Shown in pieces: positions 53,697 to 64,000 of a stretch of 64,000 nucleotides of DNA. The DNA lies in assembly GCA_904063045.1 (NCBI GenBank), contig CAJFCJ010000028.1, positions 949,232 to 1,013,231 on the forward strand, given 5' to 3'. The notes below the pieces were generated by a model, which was given only the letters and a program-made list of their open reading frames with translations, was not told where the DNA came from and did no database searches. The stretch's first letter is position 1, and each line of letters begins with the position of its first letter. The position numbers were made by a program, and so were the translations under genes. This stretch comes from Dimorphilus gyrociliatus (taxonomy: Eukaryota; Animalia; Annelida).

Positions 53697-55670
53697 TTAA
53701 ACTGTTGTTGTATATTCACTAGTTTTCAGTTCTATCAATTTACTTGTTCGAGTTTGCAGTTTAGTCATATATTCTCTTTCTTTTCGTGACATTTCTCTAC
53801 GTTTACTTCCTGGCTAGATAATTTAAATTTCTTATTGTATTGAATTATAGAGCAGAAAAAATAATACAAAAGTAATTTACCTGTACAAATATCATAGTTA
53901 TAAAAAAAATATTATAACCTAAATAACTTCCGGCAAAGAGAACCACAGCTATGATTTCTAAGCGACTCTCCCAATATTTTGGTACTTTAATATATGGTGT
54001 TAGAGCGTGCCAACCGCAAACGCTCGACAGTAAAATCATCGCTGCTAGCACATATTTATCCTAAAAACAAGAAAAAAATTCAAAATATTATAAACAATGT
54101 TAAAGAATAGAAATTGCTTCTTGAATATTTATTAAGAAAATAAGAAGGAAAAAACATACCAAATAAGTTAGATAGGATATTTTCGGTAAACTTTGATTAA
54201 CGACAAATTTGAATGCTACTGATGTTAATACTAATGTAAAGCTTAATTGGAGTCTATTCTGTGGCAAGTCTCTTTGAACGGAAAAGGTGGTGAAAGATAG
54301 TGTGCAGATGATAAACTGTTTAAAAGGCAATAGGATTAGCAAAAGTAAAGGTAAGCAATTGAAACGTAATAATTATTTAAAAAGAAAAGACACCGTGACG
54401 GGTAGTTAGATGGATAGAACAAAGTAAAAGGAAAGTAACGAAAGATGGAAAGAAAAAAAACCTCAAGAATATTTTCAAGAAAAGAAAATCTCTTACTGTT
54501 ATTAGAAATATATTCCAGAAAAAATAGGCTGGACGTCTTGCTGCTCTGCACTTTATAAATACTGCACTCCTCTTAACGGATTGTTCAGAAAATTCTGAGT
54601 GAACTTCTTTGTGTTCAGTTTCAATGTGCTACATGTTTATTACAGAATTGAACATATAAAAAGAATATAATATTAAGGGTTGATTAATTAATTAATTAAT
54701 TATATAGGATGATAAAAAGTCTTGTTTAATAATTAGATATAATATATAAACTGAAAAGAGGTTTATAACTGTATTTAACAATAAACGTATTATCGTATGA
54801 ATCGGAAATCTTTGAAGGAGAGTGTAGGTATAGAAAAATTAAAGACTAAATGGTACTTGATACTTGAATAGGCCTTTATGATTTGTTAATTTTTCAATAC
54901 AAAAACAGATATAATATAGTACAATAGTAAGCTGATTTATTAACTATCATTAAAAAAGTATGAAGGTGTCTATTATTAAATAAAATCATGTTAATAGTAT
55001 GTGTCCTCTTTTCATACCATATAGGTCTACTATTTTTATGAATTACCTTATACAATCTCCACTCCTGTTCATCAACAAAACTCTGGCCATTAACTGAATG
55101 AAAATCGTATTCGTCATCAACCAACTCAATTTCATCTACTTCCCTCTCGGACATAACATTAACAGTTAAATCCTGAACGTCAAAGGGAAAATGTTCTAAT
55201 TCTAAATTCTCTAGAAACGTTCCTTTTACTCTCTTCTTTTCAATAACAGTTGCCCTCCCATCCCCATCGTATTTAACATTTCTATAAATAAATTCACGTG
55301 GGTCACCAATAGTATTTTCAATGAATAACTTGGGATTCCAAAACTTTCTCCAATCTATAGTTGAATTATTCTCTGTTGAAGACTTTTTATCTAAGGTGGG
55401 TTCTCTCCATCGAGATTTAATTAAAACATCTGCTTCGTATTGCTCTTTCAAAGTATCAATTTCCCCAATTTTTAGGAAGGTAACGCTCATATAGACTCTG
55501 ATTCTCCTTCCCAAGGCGTTAATGTCGGTAGTGCCATTCTCTGAATCAAGAAGACAATCGAATAAATTTGATACAGTTTCTAATCTGGCCTGATCTGCAA
55601 CTATATCACTCTGACGTCTTAAGCTGAAATTACGAACGGCAGACAGAACTGAACTCATACTGACATTCAT
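53697..55670 (-). CDS. Cys-less (Pro-loop) pentameric ligand-gated ion channel, 5 exons
   Basis: Extracellular domain FLKIGEIDTLKEQYEAD, FWNPKLFIEN, KGTFLENLELEHFPFDVQDL (no Cys pair), EQEW. Exon about 54497-54628 gives ARRPAYFFWNIFL (M1); M2 RLQLSFTLVLTSVAFK; LPKISYLTYL|DKY (M3); short M3-M4 loop; last exon 53697-53813 ending ...SEYTTTV*. Confidence 0.92.
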
Positions 55671-57542
55671 CTTTTCACAAAATTATGAACAAACTATGTG
55701 TGCCAGGTGTTTAAGCAATAAATGGTGACAGGTTTCTCATGTTTTGAACATGCGTAGTTTTATATACCTTTAAATAATTGTCCCTTTTCATTGAATATCA
55801 AATCATTTCAATAACAGAGTCATACAACACTGTAAGAATGATAAGAGACATAACTGACAGAATTTTGATGTTGACGAATACACTAGAGCTCTCTAATTCT
55901 GAATTTTAGTATATTTTATATGTAATATATACTGAACGCGTACACATCACACACACACACAAACAGACATATCTATCTATATATATATATGTATACCTAT
56001 ATTTAGGCATGAGTATAATCAATAATATTTCTTTCTCCCTCCCATTGTTACCATCTGTAAGAGATGTCTATTGATTATTATACAATATCATCTTCTGGTT
56101 TTCACTACGATTAAAATGTATAGAATAAGAAATGACAAACAGAGTTATAAATAACACCAAAACTATGAAAAACCTTTAAAGATGTAAAACATTATACACA
56201 AGTTGTAGTTAGTTTATAAATGTTCAGAACTATTTGTATTGAATGAATATTTCTAGCCAAGCTTATACTTATAATCTATTTAAAATTATATACAGGAGTT
56301 TATTAAGTATATTATTATATGCTGTACATATATACAGTATTATTCAACTTTCCACCTAACTTTAACTTGATTACCTATTCCGATTACTTTTTAGGTAGCT
56401 TTTTCCAGATCAGTCTCATGTATTATTAGTATCATTTTTTTTTCTATTAGAGTCTTAACGACACATGTGTACAGTATATGATAAAATCATGATTTTTATA
56501 TATGAATAGCACGGAAAAAGGAGAGATATAGCAGGATAACGGCAAAAGCTAAAGATTGTAATTTAGTTGATAATTTTCAATTACTAGCAATATATTGTAG
56601 AAATAATATCAAGCTATTTATAGTTAAAGGTATCTCATGTATTCAATTGTTCGAAAGTGTATCATTTCTTCTTTTTCTTTATTTCTCTAAATTATAATTC
56701 TTTATATGGTGGAATAAACTTTAAATAGTTTTATTGTTTTGCTTGAATAACTCGATAGAGCGCCCTAAAGCTCCATCTTTAGTGCATTTTAGGCATATTT
56801 TAAATGATATATATTTTAATAACTGTATCAAAATTTAATAAGTATCATAATCATTTGCATAATAATTCAATTTTAAATTTACAAATGTGTACATGAATAT
56901 TTAAATGATATTTCAGCTGTTTCTATTTCTGTATCATGAATAAAGAAAATTTGCTTTAAAGTTCAATATTCATTTGACTTCCCTCAACGATTATTTTTCG
57001 TAGAACAATTGAACAAATATATACGAAACCAAATTGTCGTATGATGTTAATTATTAATTGAGAATATAGGAATAAGGAGGATTTATTAGTTCATTGTTTA
57101 AGTCAGTAATTAATGTACTCTGTATTTTATCATAAAAAATCTATATGTAGCATATATAGAACAATTTTTAATATATATATATATATAAATATATGTATAT
57201 ATAATCACCAAAAGTGCATTACACGTCGTAGCTAGAATAAACTGTCGTCAGCAAATGATGTTAAGAACTTATCGATGACTAGAACCCTAGTTGATATTCA
57301 TTGAGTATTTAAGAATATGATATTGTATATAAACATACAGATATAATAGAGGTGATTAGATGGTGATAACATTTGGAGAATTAGCATATTTAACACCTCT
57401 GGTAATGATAATGTATAATTGGACTTATGAACAAAGATTTGTCCACATTCTTTTGACGATTCATATACCTATTTACGTGTAATTTTGCTGCAGTGAATAA
57501 GATTAATACTGTAGTTGTTTAACTGTCTTTTTTGCCAATTAT

Positions 57543-60500
57543 TTAGGCTATCATCGTATCGTCTCTTAAAAGAAGATCTTTCTTATTTTTAAATACTAGT
57601 CCTTCGCTAACAGTATTACTCCTCGAGAACCCTTCATCTATAGGAGTTGTTGCTGTTACAGGGCTTATTGGAGGTGTTGGTGCAGCTTCGGCAGATGACC
57701 TAGATGGAAGCTTTGTATCTACTGGTGGATGTCCTGACTTTATTGCTTCTACCATACTAGAGTCGACTTCTCCAACTCTTTTCTTTCTGATTTGGTAAAT
57801 TATTCAATGGTAATTGATATTTGTAAAGAATTCAAAAACAATTGAGAAAGTTATATAGATGTTTAGACGAGAAAGTTACAAACAATGAAATTTTTCTAGA
57901 TTAATATAAAATATTTACTTTCTAAGCAGAGGTTTCCATTTGGAGTATGTAATCCATGCAATTATTCCCGCAATAATTAATAAAGCAGCTACAATGACCG
58001 GTGCAACTGAAAAAGGATCAAACAGATTGTGTCCTTTTGTTTGTTTGTTTTGTTTATAAGAGATTACAAACCTATCCATGGATGTTTGCATATAACTGAT
58101 TCGCAATCGTCTGTTTTCTTCTTTGACGGTGCAAGGGTTGGGGGTTTTCTTTCACAATAGAAATTATCTTTTAAGAGAGAATTTTCATCGCATGTACATT
58201 TTTGTGTTGTATTACTACAGATTGCATTTTGGGTACCACATTCCCTATTCGATTGGCAACCTCTATTAACAATTTCAATTTTCGTACAGGAAGTACCAAA
58301 ATCAGTTATACCACTTCCTTCGGGACAAACGCAAGTTTCGTTCAAACAAATAGAATCTTTAAATAGAGTTGTACATTCAGTAGTTGTTGAACATATTGCA
58401 GTGGGTAAGATTTTCTTATCGCAAGATTCATCATTTTTCGACGATTGATATTCAAATTTGCATTCACATTTTTCATTTTTACACTCTGAATTATTTACTG
58501 AGCATTCAAAATTTGTACAACTATCTCCAACCTTTATAAACTTCTTGCAAGCTGTATTACCGTTAGTTGGTATATAACCAGTTATACACTGACATTTGTT
58601 TCCATTACAGATAGACAATGGATCTTGATCAAAACAAATTTGATCATTTGAACATTCATATCCGTCAACGTTTTTCTTTTCGCATTTATTTCCATTAATA
58701 AATTCTCCATTTTTACAAACGCATTTATTTAAAATGCAAACTGAAAATTGATAAATAGATTGGCAAGATAAATCGGTTGTACACGATGGTATTTTTGTTG
58801 ATATACACCCAGTTTCATCAGCATTCTGTTTATAACCGAGTTTACAATCGCAAAAACCATCAACACATCTGGAATTTGCTATTAAACTTGTACAAATAGA
58901 ATTCGTCGTGCAAGAAGTAAGGCGAATAACAATCTTTTCACACTTTCCATTTTGCTGCCGATAAGTACTTCTGCAAGAACAAATACCAGCTCCACAATAT
59001 GAATTAGCAATATTCTCACATTCTGAGCTATCACTGCAAAATGATCCGATTTTCTTAGGTATACAGTAAAGGTTATCAGTTGATGCTACAAAACTTGATT
59101 TACAAGCACATTTTGATCCTTGACAAACGCTATTTTCTAAAATTACACAATCGGTATCTTTAGAACAACTGTCCCCTGATAATACTTTCTTACATTCACG
59201 ACCGCCATTAGAGGGACCATAGGGATCGACGCAAGCGCATATACCATCTTTACAAAAGCTATTTGATATTCTAGAGCTGCAAAACGTATTCGACGAACAC
59301 ATGGTCAACCCAATTTGTAATTCGAAGCATCTATTATTCGTTGGATAATACTTTTGTTCACAAACGCAAATGGAGCCTGAGCAAATTGAATGTTCAGTCA
59401 AAGTACTACAATCGCTGTTTGTGGTACAAGAGTCGCCAAGATTTCTCTTTTGACAATTGCTTGTGGTAATTTGTTTATATCCAACTGCACATTTGCATGT
59501 TCCAGATATACAATCTCCATTAAAAATGACAGATGAGCAGTCTGGATCGACACTACAAGATGCGCCAATTTCTCCTATAACGAATTGTTTTTATATCATT
59601 TTCTTTTAGAAAATGCTATGTCAAAGCTAAGAAAGGTACAAACTTTTAGTACAAACGCCCTCTCCAACCAAACCAGCATATCCCAACCGACAGACGCAAG
59701 TTGATGCTATCCCGCAAACAGCACCACTGATAGGTGTTGCACAATCATACAGAGTTTGACATGAATCTCCTAAAACCCTCTTTCCACATACAGTGTTTGA
59801 CGATCGTGACCGATAACCTAATACACAGCCGCATTGTCTAAAAAAATGAAATAATTATGGCAAGATCAATATAAAGTAAGAATTATCAAATAATTAACAC
59901 TTTACCCAACGAAGCAATCAGAATTCGCAATAGCGTGAGAACAGTCTGTTGATAATTGGCATGTGTCACCAATTATTCCTATAAAAATGGTAAAGTTTTC
60001 TTTTTTAGTATAAATTATGCAATCTTTTCTTATGGAATAGAGAATATATTGTGTATACTGTACACAATACGCTCTCTCTATATATTATATACAGTATATA
60101 CTATAACGTATAAAAAGAAATAAATACAAACTTTTGATACACGATGCAAAATCATTACTTGGATAATATCCTGAATTGCATAAGCATTTACTTCTTGTGC
60201 AGTTACTATTTGAAAACGCTTCACTGCAATCAACGTTGACATTACATTGATCGCCGTATCTTCCTGTTTGATGTGAAATATAATATATATTTTATTATAG
60301 TTTTGGCATATTTACTTCTAATGCATGAATTTCCATTTAATCCAACATAAAAACCGGTTCTACAACTGCAAACTAAACTAGTACAAGTTGCATCTTGAAC
60401 TGCTGCTGAACAATCCAAGTCTACCGAACAGGAATCTCCTAAAGTTCCTTTCATTAGAGTGTAACGTATAAATTAGTAATCAATTAAAAAATTCACTATA

Positions 60501-61231
60501 TATAGGATAAGACTCACTTAATTGACACTCTGTCTTTAAGGCATTTACTTTTCTTCCAGCGTCACATTGACAAAGTTTAGGAGATCCAGTACAAACAGAA
60601 TGTGATACGAAATCTGAGCAGTCACATCCCGCACAGTTATTGGAAATATCGCAGTTGGAACCAATAATCTTCATTTCATCAGAAAAATCCTGACAGTCTT
60701 TAACACCATCTGCTACAAAGTCTATTGATATACATGTTAAGTCATTGCATTGAAACTTTGCTGGATTCGCTATTGAACAGTTATAGTTTACTTCATCACT
60801 GTTATCCGAACAATCTCGAACTCCATTATTAACTTTTAACCGACTAACACATTCACCAAGATTAGCACATGAAAATTCAGTATTAGAATTGCAGGAACCA
60901 TTTGCCAAATCTATGTTTTATTTTTAATTATGTAAAAAAAAAATGACTTAAACCTTCACCTTTAGTTCAAACGAAAAGAACGAAAAGATTATAAAGCGTA
61001 AAAATTGTCTTAAAAACTTGTAATAAAAGATCTCTTTTTTGTTTTTTTAAAAAGAAAATATAATTAAAATTTATATTTAAAAAAAAAATGTTTTTACTTG
61101 ATTAGCGTTTTGAAAAGAATTTTCTTACTCTTTTAATAATTTCTCATAAAAAATATATAAAATTATTACAATATTATTTACAAACCGAATGAAATAAAGC
61201 CGAAAATTGAAAAGAAAAGTAACCAATTCAT
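57543..61231 (-). CDS. Type I membrane protein: signal peptide, 2 LDLa-like modules, about 16 six-Cys EB/EGF-like repeats, TM helix, Pro/Ser-rich tail
   Basis: Signal exon 61186-61231 (MNWLLFFSIFGFISF, phase 1) splices to 60910. LDLa cores DCSDNSDE and DCQDFSDE. Repeats GxxCxxxxxC...C...CxC...C run through the exon 58072-59574. TM exon VAPVIVAALLIIAGIIAWITY; last exon ends ...DDTMIA* at 57543. Confidence 0.9.
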
Positions 61232-61615
61232 TCTCTTATTGCAAATTGGCAAGATCTCTAGCTATCCATTATGCAAAACAGCATAGCAATGACTATAGGA
61301 ACAGGCCCTTCAATGGTTGTCAATAAACATCTAATCATTAAAAATAGGCTCAATTAACAATTTCAAGCATTGTTTTACTGTCCTTTTGAAAATGAACACT
61401 ATCAATTATTAAGGTTGTCTCCAGTAGATCCATTTTTTTATACGATTTCCTATTGAATTTAATGAAAATATTCAATATTGAATACAAATAGATAGTAATC
61501 ATGTTTTGTTCCTAGATAACCTAATTTAAATAAAATGGGTTATTAATAGGTATGTAAAACATTTTTTTTATTACCGGTGTATATGTACAGATATATAAAG
61601 TGTGTAGGAATATAC

Positions 61616-61617
<2 letters not shown>

Positions 61618-61648
<31 letters not shown>
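61618..61648. repeat. (TA)n microsatellite flanked by TATACGGTATA and TATACAGTATA
   Basis: About 15 TA units. Confidence 0.85.
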
Positions 61649-61652
<4 letters not shown>

Positions 61653-62247
61653 TATACAGTATATCTGATTGATATTTTAATTCCTTAACTCTTTTGAGAT
61701 TGCTTATTTTTCCTTTTTCCTCTTTAATTTAATCAAATAATTTGATAATCAAATAAAATTAGCTCTATTTGGTTTTGATTTAATTACTTATAATTAAATT
61801 AATCGACCAACTATTATTTAATAAGTCAATCAACAATACCAATCTTATCTTTAAAAATATATCTAGGAAGAAAGAGCTTTTTTGCTATCATTCAAAAAAT
61901 ATAAAATACCTAGAGGCTGATTAATTTTTAAGGCTGATAATAGAAAGTATAATTTGTTCAAGTGCAAAGTGAAGCTAAAAGTGAACTCGATTATTACTTT
62001 CCTTTTGTGAACACTTCACTTTGTTACTTTTTTTTTCAAGATTATCGATTTTCTTCCAGACCATTAATGAATGAATACGATGTTAATATTCCTAATTATT
62101 ACTTATACTATAATAGTTGGCCTTTAGATAAGCTAAAGATAAGAAGACAAAATTACTTTTTGTAAAAAGCGCAAAGCTTTTTTGATTCTCATTGTCTCAA
62201 CTTGCTAACTTCAAAAATGAATTAATTATTATAACTGGAGCATAGTC

Positions 62248-63185
62248 ATGTACTTTAGAAGAATATATTTTTTGATGGTAACTCTTACTCTATCATCTTT
62301 TTTTCTTTGTTACGTTCAGCTATACTCCAAAAATTCCAAAACCCGTATTCTAGACGACAATGTAATCTTTAGAAGAAGAAATTTTGAAGTAAGGGATTGT
62401 TTTACCTCAAAGAAAAGAAAAAGTGTCTTATACACGTGTGGAAGAAATCATCATCTTGTTCCTCACCTGAATTCAATTAATTTCAGGAAGCATATTGATC
62501 CTTTTTTAACACTTTATTACAAAAGACATGGCTTATTCGTAAGGCTTTACCTAATGCAAGAATTACTATCATTTCTCCAAAAGCACCAAAAAGATATGTT
62601 GATAACGCGACACAAACAAAATATTACACAGGAGGTAACTTCTATGACTTTAGTAAAATCGATTGGCTAAAAGAGAAAGTAGATTTTGATAAAACTATGG
62701 TATATTTCGATGATCACCAATCAGTTTATAAAAGAATAATTCAAGCGTCTAATTTTGGATTTAAACATATAATTTTTGATGATAACTATCTTCCTGGTTC
62801 AACTAAAGGATCGAATAATAACTTATCTTTGAGACAGGCCTGTGATTTGGGTGGATGTTTGATAAATATTTCTTTCCATTTTCATACTAAATACTATGTG
62901 GATAATTTTGGTAAATATAGAAAGGCGTTTCCCTTAAATTCGTCCTTCAGACGCGAAGTTGGTAAAACACTAGATAAATTAATAAAAGTTATATATGAAC
63001 CGCCCGACTTGTGTGATGTTTTTGAATATCCTACGACTCGTCAAGAGCAAAATACACATAGATATTTCAGAGATCTTGTTAACGCATTGCTTAGTCACAA
63101 GCAATGTAAGGCCATACAGAGAAATTTGGATTTGTTATCAAGAGGATTTTCAAAATATGCAAATACCGTCTACGTTCGATTATAG
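62248..63185 (+). pseudogene. Signal-anchored SAM-methyltransferase-like gene with an internal deletion and frameshift (pseudogene, assembly error, or rescued by splicing/recoding)
   Basis: ORF1 has a type II anchor and FRKHIDPFLTLYYKR. The -1 frame, open from 62499, reads KTWLIRKALPNARITIISP...YTGGNFYDFSKIDW...VYFDDHQ...GFKHIIFDDNY...LSLRQAC. These motifs match an uncharacterised methyltransferase-fold family I recall from plants, algae and bacteria. The segment carrying the IESGxxxG motif is absent. Confidence 0.7.
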
Positions 63186-63486
63186 AAGCATTAAGTTGAC
63201 TTTTACATTGAAAAGTTGTGCCTTTAAATTAATTTAAAAATCCTAAATATTGTGAATTTCATGTAAAAACTATATCATTGAATAAGTATTGCCTGTCAGT
63301 AAAGTGAATATAAAGATTAGCTTAGGGTGATGCCCTCTGTAGTTTTACATTGAAAGTAAAAGTTCTGTTGTAATTGATTTTTTGTGAGAAAAATTAAAAG
63401 GATAATCAATTCAATTGTCTGAAAGAAATTAAAAGAACAATATTGCTGTTTATGGTATTTTATCATGAAAAATGATAAGACCTTGT

Positions 63487-63999
63487 CTATGAATTCAGGA
63501 ATTGATCAACCTGTTGCCTTAATTTTTCTATAGTTTCCTCATCAACACTGTTTCTGTCCTGTTCGGCGCTATCGACATTCCCAGTTATAACATTTTCGAT
63601 ATTTTTGTCAACCATCGCGTCTAATTTATTAATCATCTCCATTCTTTCCGAGTCATCATCAGTAGCATGATCATTTTTCGGACTAGATTCCATATTTGGC
63701 TTTTCAGGCTTTATCTTTGTAGCCTTTTTCTTCGTGGGTTTTTTTGGTTCATCTTGATTGCTGATTGGTAAATCTAAAATATCGTCTAAATCATCAATAT
63801 CGTCTACAATTAGACTGTTTTCTTCTTTTTCTTCCTCCCTTTCTTCGTTCGACTTTTCAATAGGAGAATCAATTTTCCTTTCATCTCCTTTCTTCGAGCT
63901 AGGTTGATCGTCATCGACATGGACTGTATCTATAGAATCTTCTTGATCTCTCTCTGATTTCTTCTCTGTTTTAGAATTTTCAATGGATTTATCAGTTTT
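63487..63999 (-). CDS. Partial (3' end) acidic, low-complexity CDS running off the window
   Basis: 171-codon frame open from 63999 to TAG at 63487-63489: KTDKSIENSKTEKK...DDIDDLDDILDLP...DEETIEKLRQQVDQFLNS*. Identity not recognisable. Confidence 0.7.
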   Translation of the reverse strand, partial: KTDKSIENSKTEKKSERDQEDSIDTVHVDDDQPSSKKGDERKIDSPIEKSNEEREEEKEENSLIVDDIDDLDDILDLPISNQDEPKKPTKKKATKIKPEKPNMESSPKNDHATDDDSERMEMINKLDAMVDKNIENVITGNVDSAEQDRNSVDEETIEKLRQQVDQFLNS

Positions 64000-64000
64000 A

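Noticed and set aside
57276-57296. TGACTAGA, miR-279-family seed look-alike
   Set aside because: The rest does not match the mature miRNA and it folds on itself (ACTAG/CTAGT) instead of forming a pre-miRNA arm.
61250-61330. Possible terminal exon for the 63487-63999 ORF, which would nest the methyltransferase-like gene in an intron
   Set aside because: The ORF has its own in-frame TAG 7 codons after the putative donor, and the added exon would give only 6 aa. It cannot be supported without transcripts.
1675-63237. Antisense or alternate-frame shadow ORFs over real exons (e.g. 1675-1887, 5016-5213, 13491-13802, 22803-23153, 24341-24565, 27122-27346, 28176-28498, 62995-63237)
   Set aside because: Explained by overlap with coding exons that have family motifs in another frame or strand.
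1-64000. CRISPR arrays, operons, phage or defence systems, rRNA, intact transposase ORFs
   Set aside because: The sequence is spliceosomal-intron-rich eukaryotic DNA. I saw no regularly spaced repeats and no transposase, RT or rRNA motifs.

Overview
This is a eukaryotic, very AT-rich (roughly 28-30% GC by eye), gene-dense window with many 50-75 nt GT-AG introns. It looks like a compact-genome invertebrate, probably a lophotrochozoan or annelid (inference from gene content and intron size). I built the spliced models by hand. In order they are: the 3' end of a probable GT92/DUF23 glycosyltransferase; a divergent pantothenate kinase; a 53-aa membrane microprotein; a RING/NHL-like E3 ligase; an ORP3/6/7 oxysterol-binding protein with alternative first exons; WAC; eIF4B; tRNA-Gly(TCC); a K2P potassium channel; an orphan class A GPCR; a 5-exon orphan gene; a Cys-less pentameric ligand-gated channel; an LDLa/EB-repeat membrane protein; a broken methyltransferase-like gene; and a partial acidic ORF. 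There is no CRISPR array, rRNA or intact transposon. The most interesting signals are: (1) at least 10 dispersed TATA-C(A/T)G-TATA motifs matching the canonical Tc1/mariner (Sleeping Beauty-type) excision footprint; (2) a methyltransferase-like gene with an internal deletion and frameshift that could be bypassed by a cryptic intron or a U_UUU_UUA -1 slippery site; (3) a 164-codon in-frame alternative exon hidden in a WAC intron; (4) a duplicated ACA-ending element in an eIF4B intron (candidate H/ACA snoRNAs). All family assignments come from motif recall, not database searches.
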